Shown here in pieces: positions 18,836 through 29,096 of a stretch of 64,000 nucleotides of DNA (positions are counted from its first letter, which is position 1; every line of letters begins with the position of its first letter). The stretch spans positions 320,001 to 384,000 of the forward strand of contig CAXXUO010000003.1 in the NCBI GenBank assembly GCA_963666485.2. Direction: 5' to 3'. The notes under the pieces were generated by a model, which saw only the letters and a program-made list of their open reading frames with translations, was not told the origin of the DNA and made no database searches. The stretch is from Syntrophorhabdaceae bacterium. GTDB taxonomy: Bacteria; Desulfobacterota; Syntrophorhabdia; Syntrophorhabdales; Syntrophorhabdaceae. A program made the translations under genes and the position numbers.

Positions 18836-18915
18836 GGATAGATGGAGTAGGGATGGCGGATTGATAGAGTAGGGATGACGGATAGATAGAGTAGGGATGG
18901 CGGATAGGTGGAGGA
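18828..18915. repeat. 22-bp tandem repeat x4
   Basis: GGGATG(A/G)CGGAT(A/T)G(A/G)T(G/A)GAGTA units at 18828, 18850, 18872 and 18894. Confidence 0.85.
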
Positions 18916-18992
18916 TTTTAGTTGCAGGTGTGATATTGCTCGTAAATTCCGGCAAGCGGAAATGACGGGATATTAAGCCTGGATTGGACTGA

Positions 18993-20033
18993 TCAAGCTG
19001 AGGTGACGGTGACCTTCGTATCTCCGGACACCTTCTCAATCATCCCCATGCGCTGTGCCGTTTCACCGGAAGCGTTGAGTGACTGTACAATCACGTCTGC
19101 GTCAGCTTCTTTTACAACGAGAATGAACCCCGTGCCCATGTTGAAGGTCATGCATGCCTCGTGAAGGTCGAGGTTGCCCGCTTCCATGAGGATGCGGAAT
19201 ATGGCGGGGACCCGGGACACGTCGAGCCCGATTTTAAGGCCCAGCCCGTCGGGGATGATCCGTGAGATGTTGCCGGGGAGGCCGCCTCCCGTTATGTGGG
19301 CCATGCCCTTGACCGTGAATCTTTGGACCACCTCAAGGACCGGTCTCACGTAGATGCGCGTCGGTTTCAGGAGCTCTTCGTACAGTTTTCCGGCAAGTCC
19401 CGGGACATCCTGGTCCACCGCGTATTTTTTGACGTCAAAAAGGAGCTTCCTGACGAGGGAATAGCCGTTGCTGTGAAGGCCGTTCGAGGCAAGACCGATC
19501 ACTGCATCGCCTTCCGATATCCCGGAGCCGTCAATGATGGAATCTTTTTCGATGACGCCGACAGCGAATCCGGCCAGGTCGTACTCGTCATCCTTGTAGA
19601 ATGACGGCATCTCGGCCGTCTCCCCGCCGACGAGCGCGCAGTCTGCCTGCATGCACCCGTCGCACACGCCGCCAATGACGGCAGGGTAGACCTTTTCGTC
19701 GATCCGCCCGCATGCATAATAATCAAGGAAGAAAAGGGGTTTTGCGCCGAGAGTGAGAATGTCATTGACGCTCATGCCGACGAGGTCGATGCCGACCGTG
19801 TCATGCTTGCCGGCCATGAAGGCGATCTTGAGCTTTGTGCCGACACCGTCTGTCGAGCTGACGAGAACAGGGTTCTTATACGAGCGCGGCACTTCGGTAA
19901 GCGCGGCAAAACCGCCGATCATGTTGAGGACGTTGACGTTGTGGGTCGCCTTTATGCGGTCTTTCAGCGTATCGATGAGCCGGTCTGCTTTGGCGATATC
20001 AACGCCGGAGTCTTTATACGTTATAGTTTTCAC
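18993..20033 (-). CDS. purM: AIR synthase
   Basis: YKDSGVDI, STDGVGTK, GGETAEMP, SNGLHSNGYSL, HITGGG. Confidence 0.97.
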   Translation of the reverse strand: MKTITYKDSGVDIAKADRLIDTLKDRIKATHNVNVLNMIGGFAALTEVPRSYKNPVLVSSTDGVGTKLKIAFMAGKHDTVGIDLVGMSVNDILTLGAKPLFFLDYYACGRIDEKVYPAVIGGVCDGCMQADCALVGGETAEMPSFYKDDEYDLAGFAVGVIEKDSIIDGSGISEGDAVIGLASNGLHSNGYSLVRKLLFDVKKYAVDQDVPGLAGKLYEELLKPTRIYVRPVLEVVQRFTVKGMAHITGGGLPGNISRIIPDGLGLKIGLDVSRVPAIFRILMEAGNLDLHEACMTFNMGTGFILVVKEADADVIVQSLNASGETAQRMGMIEKVSGDTKVTVTSA

Positions 20034-20125
20034 GGTTTTAGTGTAAAATTAATCCTGTCCGATCTTGGGATCGAAAGATCTTTTGACTACGTCCAAAAGC
20101 CGCCCGGGAGCGGCGGTCATGACTT

Positions 20126-20410
20126 TTAGACCATCCGGGAGATAAAATCCTCGACCGGGATCGCCGGAAGCGTTACGATCTGGATCGTGCCCCGGGAACC
20201 GAGCTCGATCGAGAGTTTCGCGATCGCCTCGTTATTCGGAGCCTCAAGAATGTTCAGGAAATCATATTCGCCGAGAACGGCGTACTGGGCCAGAACTTTT
20301 GAGCCCATGCTTTCGATCTCTCTGTTGACCTCTTCAATGCGTTCGGGATGTTTTTTGAGTGTTTTGCGCCCCTCATCCGTGAGTGTGCTGAGCATGATAT
20401 AGATTGGCAT
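20126..20410 (-). CDS. GYD-domain protein
   Basis: MPIYIMLSTLTDEG...VLGEYDF. Confidence 0.85.
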   Translation of the reverse strand: MPIYIMLSTLTDEGRKTLKKHPERIEEVNREIESMGSKVLAQYAVLGEYDFLNILEAPNNEAIAKLSIELGSRGTIQIVTLPAIPVEDFISRMV

Positions 20411-20615
20411 ATAAACTAACCCCCAGAATTGTGTGATATATATAGATTGTAATATACCCTGCGCTTTGTCAATATTAAAGATGGCAGGTGCCCGCCGGAG
20501 AAGGGCTTGTACGTGCCTGTTTTCACAATATCCGGCGATAACATGATATTGATTGAGAATGTGAAATGTGCTATGATGTACGACTTCGGGTGCCAACGAC
20601 TTTGTATGAACTATA

Positions 20616-20633
20616 TTGTTCACATTTTCACAT
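20616..20633. promoter_or_regulatory. Possible Rex-like operator upstream of porD
   Basis: TTGTTCA-CATT-TTCACAT versus the Rex consensus TTGTGAA-N4-TTCACAA (3 mismatches). Confidence 0.3.
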
Positions 20634-20688
20634 ATAGAATCGCAGAAACAGAGAAAACAAAGATCTTATTCTTTTAAAAGGGGGATCT

Positions 20689-20982
20689 ATGGCTAAACCT
20701 ATGGATCAATACAAATGGCATGAATTGACGGTAGGGTGCGTTATTGAAGATGTCGGCAACGCGATGGAGTACAAAACGGGCGATTGGCGGTCATCGAAGC
20801 CGGTGTGGAACCGGGAAAAATGCACCAAGTGCGGGCTTTGCTGGCTTTTCTGTCCCGATGCAGCCATTCATCAGACCGACGACGGCTACTACGAAGCGGA
20901 CCTGGATTATTGCAAGGGATGCGGTATCTGCTCGAAAGAGTGCAAGCCGGCTGCAATTACTATGGTCGAGGAGGAAAGATGA
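20689..20982 (+). CDS. porD: 2-oxoacid:ferredoxin oxidoreductase delta subunit (2x[4Fe-4S])
   Basis: KTGDWRSSKP, CTKCGLCWLFCP, YCKGCGICSKEC. Confidence 0.92.
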   Translation: MAKPMDQYKWHELTVGCVIEDVGNAMEYKTGDWRSSKPVWNREKCTKCGLCWLFCPDAAIHQTDDGYYEADLDYCKGCGICSKECKPAAITMVEEER

Positions 20983-22160
20983 GCGCGAACAAAGGCATGG
21001 AAGTATCCATAGCGGCGTCGGTCGCAGCCAAGCTGGCACGGGTCGAAGCGGTTGCCGCCTATCCCATCACCCCTCAGACGCACATTGTCGAGCATTTGGC
21101 CGATCTCGTGGCCAACGGGGAACTCGATGCAGCCTATATCAACGTTGAATCCGAGCATTCCGCCATGTCGGCGTGCGTAGGTGCCTGCGCAACCGGGGCC
21201 CGTACATTTACATCGACAAGCGCCCAGGGGATGGAACTCATGCACGAGATCCTTTTCATCGCCTCCGGCATGAGACTTCCCATTGTCATGGCATCCGTCA
21301 ATCGTGCCCTGTCGTCACCGCTGTCCATTTGGGGCGATCATTCCGACGTCATGGCAGCCAGGGACACAGGCTGGATCATGCTTTTCACCGAAAATGGCCA
21401 GGAAGTCGTCGACGCCATCATTATGGCATTCAAGATAGCCGAGGACAGAAGGGTGCTTCTCCCGTTGATGGTCAATCTCGACGGCTTTTCCTTAAGCCAT
21501 GTCATCGAGCCTATCCAGTTCCCGGCACAGGAGGACGTGGACCGTTTCCTTCCGCCGTATGCCCCCCTGTACACCCTGCATCCTGACAAGCCGGTAACGA
21601 TGGGCGCCTATGCGATGCCTGAACTGTATACGGAAGCCAAGTACAGCCAGGAAATGGCGATCAGGAACTCGAAGACGGTCGTCAAGGAAGTCATGGAACA
21701 GTTCTCCAAGGAATTCGGACGGAAATACAATATCGTGGAAACATACAATATAGAGAAGGCGGACACGGTCTTCATGGCGCTTGGCGCGATCAACGAAAAC
21801 ATCAAGACCGCCATCGACCTTCTCAAGGACAACGGGAAAGAGCTGGGGCTCATAGCTCCCCGGCTTTTCAGACCTTTCCCCGGCGATGAGCTCGTCGAGA
21901 TCCTGAAAACGAAGAAAAAACTTGCGGTCTTCGAACGTGTTATGCCGGGCGGTGCCATGAACGGCCCGCTCTTCAACGAGATAGCGAGCCTTGCCGTCCA
22001 GAACGGGCTCAACATTCAGCTTGAAAACTTCATATTCGGGCTCGGCGGACGGGATGTCGAACCCGAGGAATTGATGGATGTATTCGATCAGGTCAGCGCG
22101 TCTCCCAAAATAGTCCATGCCGACAATAAGAGCTACGGCGTCATAGGGGTGAGATCATGA
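20979..22160 (+). CDS. porA: 2-oxoacid:ferredoxin oxidoreductase alpha subunit
   Basis: AAYPITPQT, VESEHSAMS, TSAQG, DGFSLSH, GLGGRD. Confidence 0.93.
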   Translation: MSANKGMEVSIAASVAAKLARVEAVAAYPITPQTHIVEHLADLVANGELDAAYINVESEHSAMSACVGACATGARTFTSTSAQGMELMHEILFIASGMRLPIVMASVNRALSSPLSIWGDHSDVMAARDTGWIMLFTENGQEVVDAIIMAFKIAEDRRVLLPLMVNLDGFSLSHVIEPIQFPAQEDVDRFLPPYAPLYTLHPDKPVTMGAYAMPELYTEAKYSQEMAIRNSKTVVKEVMEQFSKEFGRKYNIVETYNIEKADTVFMALGAINENIKTAIDLLKDNGKELGLIAPRLFRPFPGDELVEILKTKKKLAVFERVMPGGAMNGPLFNEIASLAVQNGLNIQLENFIFGLGGRDVEPEELMDVFDQVSASPKIVHADNKSYGVIGVRS

Positions 22161-23083
22161 GAATGAAAAGTCTTGAAAGATATACCGACACTCCCGATTT
22201 CGAATACGCAACCTCGGGCCACAGGGCCTGCCAGGGCTGTGCCGAGATACTGGCGCTCAGGCTCGGGCTGAAAGTATTCGGGAAAGATTCCATCATCGCC
22301 ATGGCAACGGGATGCATGGAGATCATCTCCACGCCTCTGCCGACGACCTCGTGGCGGCTTCCCTGGATACATGTTGCCTTCGAGAACGCGGCCGCGGTCG
22401 CATCAGGCATCGAGTCCGGCATCAAGATCCAGATGGAAAAGGGCAAGATAGCAAAGAAAGACATAAATATCATAGCCATTGCCGGCGACGGCGGGACGAG
22501 CGATATAGGTTTGCAGGCGCTTTCCGGCGCAATGGAAAGAGGGCACGACTTCACCTATATCTGCGTCGATAACGAAGCATACATGAACACAGGTATCCAG
22601 CGCTCCTCGTCAACACCCTTCGGTGCAATGACAACGACAAGCCCTCCGGGCAAGAACAGCATCGGGCAGAAGACCCAGAAGAAGAACATGCCCAAGATAG
22701 CGGTTGCCCATAATATTCCGTACGTAGCAACGGCATGTCCGTCATATCCGTTCGACTTCCTGGCGAAGATCAAGAAAGCCAAGGAAACGAAGGGCCCGGC
22801 ATACATTCACGTCCTGTCGGTCTGCCCGACGGGCTGGCGCATCCCCTCGGACCAGGCGATCCACTACGGCAGGCTCGCAGTCAGGACAGGCGTCTTCCCT
22901 CTGTACGAAGTGGAGAACGGGCATTACAGGATAACCTACAGCCCGGAACCCCTGCGGCCGGTGACCGACTACATAAAAGGCCAGGGAAGGTTCCGCCACC
23001 TGACAGATGACCTGCTCGCGCAGATACAGGAGCAGGTGAATCGCGACTGGCAGGAATTGAAAAGCTACAGTGAACTGAAATAA
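22157..23083 (+). CDS. porB: 2-oxoacid:ferredoxin oxidoreductase beta subunit
   Basis: GHRACQGC, GDGGTSDIG..DNEAYMNTG (TPP motif), CPTGW. Confidence 0.94.
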   Translation: MRMKSLERYTDTPDFEYATSGHRACQGCAEILALRLGLKVFGKDSIIAMATGCMEIISTPLPTTSWRLPWIHVAFENAAAVASGIESGIKIQMEKGKIAKKDINIIAIAGDGGTSDIGLQALSGAMERGHDFTYICVDNEAYMNTGIQRSSSTPFGAMTTTSPPGKNSIGQKTQKKNMPKIAVAHNIPYVATACPSYPFDFLAKIKKAKETKGPAYIHVLSVCPTGWRIPSDQAIHYGRLAVRTGVFPLYEVENGHYRITYSPEPLRPVTDYIKGQGRFRHLTDDLLAQIQEQVNRDWQELKSYSELK

Positions 23084-23106
23084 CTGTATCATTATCGAAC
23101 CTTGCG

Positions 23107-23140
23107 GCGCGCCTGGAACAAAACCGGGCGCGTTTTTTTT
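23107..23140 (+). terminator. Rho-independent terminator
   Basis: GCGCGCCTGG..CCGGGCGCG followed by T8. Confidence 0.85.
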
Positions 23141-23187
23141 ATGCCGGGGGTGTTAGGATAATTCTGAGAAAAAACTAAAAATAATAC

Positions 23188-23215
23188 TTGAATTATGATT
23201 TGGAAGGTATACAAT
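23188..23215 (+). promoter_or_regulatory. Sigma70-like promoter for rodZ
   Basis: TTGAAT-N16-TACAAT. Confidence 0.45.
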
Positions 23216-23279
23216 ATTATATCCGAATTTAATCAACGGCCATTATCCGTGCCTGGATAGGGGCCAGTATGCCGTAAGG

Positions 23280-24050
23280 ATGTACCCCATGCAATCAGAA
23301 TTCCAGAGAATCGGCAGTATCCTTCGCGAAAGAAGAGAGGAGAAAGGCCTTAGTATTATTGATATTTCTGATATGCTCTGCATAAGGAAATCCCTCGTGC
23401 AGGCACTCGAGGAAGGTAATACGGCTTTACTTCCCCATGAAGTATATATTAGAGGTTACCTTAAGAAATATGCGCATGTGCTTGATATCAGTGAGGAAAC
23501 ATTAGGTCTTGAAGCTCGCTCCGAAGAACAGGCGGTTCAGGCTGAGCCTGTCAGCGCAAAACCCGCCATACACGGACCCCGTCATATTGCAAAGCGGGCC
23601 ATGGTCATCCCGCTCGTATTCGTGCTTATCATCGCGTTCTTTGTCCTGAACCAGATATACAAGGAAAGGTCCGCTACCCGGTCGGGGCAGGACCAGTCCG
23701 CGCAGTCGAACGCCGTTTCCACGAAACAGGCATCGGTCAACGTCAGGCAGCCTTCCGCGGCCAATACCGCAGCACAGCCGGGCACAGGCGATTCGAGTCA
23801 AGTCCTGTCCGGGCAGGACGTGAAGAAGCTCATGATAACCTGTAATGACAGGACGTGGGTAAGCGTGGTCATTGACGACAACGAGAAGAAAGAGTTCATG
23901 CTCAATCCCGAGGAGATGATCGTCCTCAACGCAAAGGACAAATTCGACCTCCTGATCGGCAATGCGGGCGGCGTAAAACTTAACCTCAATGGCAAGGAAG
24001 TAGAGTTCACCGGCAAAAGCGGCGAAGTCAAGCGGGTAAAAGTCTCCTGA
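23280..24050 (+). CDS. rodZ: RodZ-like HTH/TM/DUF4115 protein
   Basis: IGSILRERREEKGLS..YIRGYLKKYA HTH; TM helix; TWVSV..IGNAGGV. Confidence 0.85.
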   Translation: MYPMQSEFQRIGSILRERREEKGLSIIDISDMLCIRKSLVQALEEGNTALLPHEVYIRGYLKKYAHVLDISEETLGLEARSEEQAVQAEPVSAKPAIHGPRHIAKRAMVIPLVFVLIIAFFVLNQIYKERSATRSGQDQSAQSNAVSTKQASVNVRQPSAANTAAQPGTGDSSQVLSGQDVKKLMITCNDRTWVSVVIDDNEKKEFMLNPEEMIVLNAKDKFDLLIGNAGGVKLNLNGKEVEFTGKSGEVKRVKVS

Positions 24051-24104
24051 TCAAATTCATCACAATTATTAAAAGGTAAGAGGGAAGATCCGGGTCCCGG
24101 CGGG

Positions 24105-24857
24105 TTAGCCTGCCAGGCGCTCCATTTCTTTCGCATCGATGTCGAAGTTCGCGTACACCTTCTGGACATCGTCCGAGTCTTCAAGGGCTTCCATCAATTT
24201 CAGCATGGTTTCGGCGTTCTTCCCTTCAAGCTTCACATAATTCTGGGGGACCATGCTTATCTCTGTGACGAGAGGGGGGATCTTGTTGTCTTCAAAGACC
24301 TTCTTCAGCGCTTCGAAGTCAGCCAGTTCAGCATAAACCTCGATCTCGTTCTCGTCTTCGCTGATGTCTTCCGCACCGGCTTCGAGGGCGAGTTCCATGA
24401 TCCTGTCGCTATCGACAGCTTTTTTGTCAAAAGACATGAACCCTTTTTTGCTGAAGAGCCAGCCCACACATCCCGCTTCACCGAGGTTGCCGTTCAGCCG
24501 CGAAAGAATGTGCCTCACCTCGGCGGTTGTACGTTTCTTGTTGTCGGTCAGCACTTCGATGAGGATTGCAACACCCCCGGGGCCGTATCCTTCATAGCTG
24601 TATTCTTCGTAGGCTTCCGCGCCGTCGAGGGTACCGGTACCCTTCTTGACTGCGCGCTCGATATTGTCTTTGGGCATGTTCTCCGCTTTGGCGCTGTCAA
24701 TTGCCATCCGGAGCCGTGAATTGGAATTGGGGTCTGCACCGCCTATCCGGGCAGCGGTGGTGATCTCGCGTATCAGCTTGGTAAAGATCTTGCCGCGCTT
24801 GGCATCCGCCGCACCTTTCTTGTGCTTAATGGAACTCCACTTGCTATGTCCTGACAT
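24105..24857 (-). CDS. yebC: YebC/PmpR family protein
   Basis: [31 protein letters not shown]. Confidence 0.96.
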   Translation of the reverse strand: MSGHSKWSSIKHKKGAADAKRGKIFTKLIREITTAARIGGADPNSNSRLRMAIDSAKAENMPKDNIERAVKKGTGTLDGAEAYEEYSYEGYGPGGVAILIEVLTDNKKRTTAEVRHILSRLNGNLGEAGCVGWLFSKKGFMSFDKKAVDSDRIMELALEAGAEDISEDENEIEVYAELADFEALKKVFEDNKIPPLVTEISMVPQNYVKLEGKNAETMLKLMEALEDSDDVQKVYANFDIDAKEMERLAG

Positions 24858-24877
24858 TGTGCCCCCGAAGAGTAAAA

Positions 24878-24954
24878 TGGTGGGCGATATTGGATTCGAA
24901 CCAACGACCTCTGGTATGTGAGACCAGCGCTCTAACCATCTGAGCTAATCGCCC
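24878..24954 (-). tRNA. tRNA-Val(CAC)
   Basis: GGGCGATTAGCTCAGATGGTTAGAGCGCTGGTCT-CAC-ATACCAGAGGTCGTTGGTTCGAATCCAATATCGCCCACCA. Confidence 0.95.
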
Positions 24955-25051
24955 GTGCGTTTCTTTTTATTACATTCCCGTTAAAAAGTCAACCCAAGAG
25001 CATGAGGATTTCTGTTCTCATTTCATGACAGAAAGTATATTATTTTGCACC

Positions 25052-25972
25052 ATGCAGCATGTATTTGGACCTGTCCCGTCACGGCGCCTCGGATATTCGC
25101 TCGGGGTTGACATCATCCCCCCGAAATACTGCACGTTCGACTGCATCTATTGCCAGATAGGGAAGACGACGCATATCGAGGCGGTCCGGAAAAGCTTCTA
25201 TGATCCCCACATCGTTATCGCGCAGGTGATGGACAAGATATCCGGGGCAGGGGCGATCGACGTCATTACATTTTCCGGATCGGGTGAACCGACGCTTAAT
25301 TCCGACCTGGGCCTTATGATCCGGGAGATCAAAAAGCTCACGGACATCCCGGTCGCGGTGATCACGAATGGTTCACTTCTCTGTCTGAAAGACGTCCGGG
25401 ACGATCTCATGGAGGCGGACATGGTCCTGCCGTCACTCGATGCCGTGAATCAGGATGTTTACGAGCGCATCAACAGGCCCCACCCTTCGGTTAAGATCGA
25501 CGCGGTGATCGAGGGGCTCAAAGCCTTCAGGCGTGAATTTAAGGGGCAGATCTGGCTTGAGATAATGTTGATAAAACACATTAACGATGATTCTCAAGAA
25601 CTGAAAAGAATGGCGCAAATTGTGTCAGAGACAAACATGGACCGGATACAGCTCAATACCGTCACACGGCCTCCCAGCGACCCGCTGGCGTCACGCCTGA
25701 GCGATGATGAACTCAAGGAAATTTGCGGGATGTTCGGCCCGGCATGTGAGGTGATCGCGGCATTCGAGAAGAGCGCCGATACCCGGACAGGATCTTCGGC
25801 CGATACCCTGGTGCTGGAGACGATCAAGAGACGCCCGCTCACCCTCGATGACATCGTGAAGATCACGGGTATGTCCCCCTTCGATGCAAAGACGCGGCTC
25901 AGTGCGCTCGAGAAGGAAGGCCTCGTCTCAACCACGGTCGTCAACGATGAGCTTTTTTATGTCAGCACGTGA
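25052..25972 (+). CDS. Radical SAM protein with C-terminal HTH
   Basis: GPVPSRRLGYSLG, CTFDCIYC, SGSGEPTL, TNGSL. Confidence 0.9.
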   Translation: MQHVFGPVPSRRLGYSLGVDIIPPKYCTFDCIYCQIGKTTHIEAVRKSFYDPHIVIAQVMDKISGAGAIDVITFSGSGEPTLNSDLGLMIREIKKLTDIPVAVITNGSLLCLKDVRDDLMEADMVLPSLDAVNQDVYERINRPHPSVKIDAVIEGLKAFRREFKGQIWLEIMLIKHINDDSQELKRMAQIVSETNMDRIQLNTVTRPPSDPLASRLSDDELKEICGMFGPACEVIAAFEKSADTRTGSSADTLVLETIKRRPLTLDDIVKITGMSPFDAKTRLSALEKEGLVSTTVVNDELFYVST

Positions 25973-26119
25973 CCTGAAAACGGGCGAAATGGCCGAGAAT
26001 CATATTGACAAAGAGACGACCCAGAATTTACTATTACACGACAGAGGCGGTATTAGGGCATCTCTTCGCAGTCTTTAGCCGGATACTCCCGGATCCCATA
26101 TAAATTGAGGAGGGGCATC

Positions 26120-26704
26120 ATGAAGATAAGGCGTGCCATTGTCAGCGTATCAACCAAGGAGGGGCTGTCTGACCTGGCGCTGTTCCTGAGGGACAGGGGC
26201 ATCGAGATCCTGTCGACGGGCGGCACGAAGAAATACCTGGAAGGCATCGGTGTGAGCCCCATCGAGGTAGGCGCCTATACCGGTTTCCCGGAGATCATGG
26301 ACGGCCGGGTGAAAACCCTGCACCCCAAGGTCCACGGCGGCATCCTCAACATCCGGGACAACGCGGAACACCAGAAGGCCATGCAAGACCACGGGATCAG
26401 TCATATCGACATGATCGTCGTCAACCTGTACCCGTTCATTGAGGTTGTGAGCAAGGGATGCACGTTCGAGGATGCCATCGAAAATATCGACATCGGCGGC
26501 CCGTCCATGATCCGTGCCGCTGCGAAGAACTTCAAGTATGTCACGGTGGTCGTTGACCCCGAAGATTACGCCGGGGTAATAAAGAACATGACGGAGAATG
26601 ACGGCGCGACGACGGAAGAGATGAGGTTCTACCTGGCAAAGAAGGTGTTTGCCCTGACGAGCGCCTACGATAAGGCGATCACAGATTACCTCGCAAAAAT
26701 ATAA
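26120..26704 (+). CDS. purH: Stand-alone IMP cyclohydrolase (PurH N-terminal domain only)
   Basis: [28 protein letters not shown]; stops at about 194 aa. Confidence 0.92.
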   Translation: MKIRRAIVSVSTKEGLSDLALFLRDRGIEILSTGGTKKYLEGIGVSPIEVGAYTGFPEIMDGRVKTLHPKVHGGILNIRDNAEHQKAMQDHGISHIDMIVVNLYPFIEVVSKGCTFEDAIENIDIGGPSMIRAAAKNFKYVTVVVDPEDYAGVIKNMTENDGATTEEMRFYLAKKVFALTSAYDKAITDYLAKI

Positions 26705-26722
26705 TAAAATGGGGGCCTTACC

Positions 26723-28000
26723 GTGAATGTTCTCGTGATCGGTTCCGGTGGAAGGGAACACGCACTTTGCTGGAAATTAGCACAATCAAAGGATATCGGT
26801 AAACTGTACTGCACCCCGGGGAATGGCGGTATCTCGGATGTTGCAGAATGTCACGATATAACGGCCACCGACATTTCGGGCCTGATGGATTTCGCCCGGA
26901 ACATGAAGGTGGACCTCGTTGTCGTCGGGCCGGAAAACCCGCTTGCGGCAGGCATTGTGGACGCCTTCCAAAAAAAGTCTATACCGATCTTCGGGCCCGT
27001 GGCACGCGGTGCGGCGATAGAGGCAAGCAAGATATTCTCGAAAGAACTCATGAAGGAAAGCTCTGTCCCGACGGCCCCTTTCCAGGTGTTCGAGGACTAC
27101 CGGAAGGCGTGCGACTACATCGAGCCAAAGGAAGCCCCGTTTGTCATTAAGGCCGACGGCCTGTGCGCGGGCAAGGGTGCCTACGTCATCAAGGATAAGG
27201 CAGAGGCCGGCTCGGTCCTCAAGGAACTCATGGTCAACAAAATATATGGGGATGCAGGACGGAAGGTCGTGATCGAGGACTTTCTGCCCGGCATCGAGGC
27301 GTCCTATCTCGCTTTTGCGGACGGCAACACCATCCTGCCGATGCCCGCCTCACAGGACCATAAGCCGCTATTGGACGATGACCAGGGACCGAACACGGGC
27401 GGAATGGGAGCGTACACGCCGATCCCCTTTATCAACGATGAACTCGACAGGGAGATACGGGAGACCATCATGCTGCGGACAATAGAGGCGATGCGGGAGA
27501 GGGGCATCCTGTATAAAGGGGTCCTCTATGGCGGCCTCATGTTCTCCGGCGGAAAGCCGTATGTTATCGAATTCAATGCGCGTTTCGGCGACCCGGAGAC
27601 GCAACCCATTATCTTTAAGATGAAGAGCGACCTCCTGCCCGTCCTTATGGCCTGCGTGGATGGAAAGCTCAAAGATATCAATGATATAGAATGGAAAACC
27701 GGGGTCAGTGTCTGTGTTGTCATGGCATCGGGGGGCTACCCGGAAAACCCGCAGAAAGGCAAGATCATACACGGCCTCGAAAAACTGTCGGGCAGGGATG
27801 ATGTCATGGTGTTCCATGCAGGCACGAAAAAGGTGAATAATCAGTATGTTACGTCAGGAGGACGCGTCCTCGGCGTTACGGCAATGGGCCCGACATACGA
27901 GAATGCAATAAAAAAAGCGTATGATGCGGTTGCAATGATCGAATTCGAAGGGATGTTCTACAGGAAAGATATCGGCAAAAAAGCCTTAATGATGCGGTAA
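26723..28000 (+). CDS. purD: Phosphoribosylamine--glycine ligase
   Basis: GSGGREHA, KADGL, GPNTGGMGAY, EFNARFGDPE. Confidence 0.97.
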   Translation: MNVLVIGSGGREHALCWKLAQSKDIGKLYCTPGNGGISDVAECHDITATDISGLMDFARNMKVDLVVVGPENPLAAGIVDAFQKKSIPIFGPVARGAAIEASKIFSKELMKESSVPTAPFQVFEDYRKACDYIEPKEAPFVIKADGLCAGKGAYVIKDKAEAGSVLKELMVNKIYGDAGRKVVIEDFLPGIEASYLAFADGNTILPMPASQDHKPLLDDDQGPNTGGMGAYTPIPFINDELDREIRETIMLRTIEAMRERGILYKGVLYGGLMFSGGKPYVIEFNARFGDPETQPIIFKMKSDLLPVLMACVDGKLKDINDIEWKTGVSVCVVMASGGYPENPQKGKIIHGLEKLSGRDDVMVFHAGTKKVNNQYVTSGGRVLGVTAMGPTYENAIKKAYDAVAMIEFEGMFYRKDIGKKALMMR

Positions 28001-28031
28001 GACGCATAAATATATTTTCAGGAGGGAACGA

Positions 28032-29096
28032 ATGTCGAAAGAATTTAATATCGGTGTGATACCGGGCGATGGTACGGGGCCCGAGGTCGTCGCCGAAGGG
28101 ATCAAAGTTCTTGCGGCGGCATCGAAAAAATACGGTTTTTCAGTCAAACTGACGTATTTCGATATCGGAGGGGAACGCTATAAGAAGACAGGGGAGACGT
28201 TGCCTGACAGTATTCTCAGTGAATTCAAGCAGTTCGACGCACTTTATCTTGGCGCCATAGGTCATCCCGACGTCAAACCCGGGATCCTCGAAAAGGAAAT
28301 ACTGCTCAGGACACGCTTCGAGCTCGACCAGTACATTAACCTGAGGCCGGTCAAGCTTTATGAAGGCGTGGAGACGCCGCTCAAGGACAAGGGACCGAAG
28401 GATATCGACTTCGTCGTCGTCCGTGAGAATACCGAGGGCCTCTATACCGGCTCGGGCGGAACGCTGAAAAAAGGAACGAAAGACGAGGTTGCCATCCAGG
28501 AATCGATCAATACACGCAAGGGTGTCGAGCGGTGCCTCAGATTTGCCTTTCAATATGCCCAGAAGAGGAATAAAGAGAAGAAACTCACCCTGTGCGGCAA
28601 GACGAACGTCCTGACGTTCGCGTTCAACCTCTGGGAGCGGGCGTTTTACGAGATTGCACCCGAATTTGCCGACGTGAAAACAGACTACGCTCACGTGGAT
28701 GCAACGTGTATGTGGATGGTCAAGAACCCTGAGTGGTTCGACGTGATCGTGACCGACAATATGTTCGGCGATATCATCACGGACCTCGGTGCGATGATCC
28801 AGGGAGGCATGGGTGTCGCGTGCGGCGGCAACATTAACCCCGAAGGCGTTTCCATGTATGAGCCGATCGGCGGGTCAGCCCCGAAATATACAGGCAAGAA
28901 CGTGATCAACCCGATGGCCGCGATCCTGGCGGGCGGCATGATGCTCGAGTTCCTGGGTGAGGCTGCAGCCGCGGCGGCGGTCGAAAATTCGGTCCAGAAA
29001 GCTATCCGGAATGACCTGAAGTCCATGGAAGCCGGCAAGATGGGTATGGGAACCCGGGAGGTCGGCGACCTTATCGCGCGTTACGTCGCTGAGTAG
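28032..29096 (+). CDS. leuB: 3-isopropylmalate dehydrogenase
   Basis: GDGTGPEV, VRENTEG, NMFGDIITD, EPIGGSAP. Confidence 0.9.
   Translation: MSKEFNIGVIPGDGTGPEVVAEGIKVLAAASKKYGFSVKLTYFDIGGERYKKTGETLPDSILSEFKQFDALYLGAIGHPDVKPGILEKEILLRTRFELDQYINLRPVKLYEGVETPLKDKGPKDIDFVVVRENTEGLYTGSGGTLKKGTKDEVAIQESINTRKGVERCLRFAFQYAQKRNKEKKLTLCGKTNVLTFAFNLWERAFYEIAPEFADVKTDYAHVDATCMWMVKNPEWFDVIVTDNMFGDIITDLGAMIQGGMGVACGGNINPEGVSMYEPIGGSAPKYTGKNVINPMAAILAGGMMLEFLGEAAAAAAVENSVQKAIRNDLKSMEAGKMGMGTREVGDLIARYVAE

Noticed and set aside
18828..18915. Repeat array as a CRISPR
   Set aside because: Units are directly adjacent with no unique spacers, and there are no cas genes
25975..26115. Possible ZMP/ZTP riboswitch upstream of purH
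   Set aside because: No GACUGGCG...GUGG or CGCCUGGG elements were found
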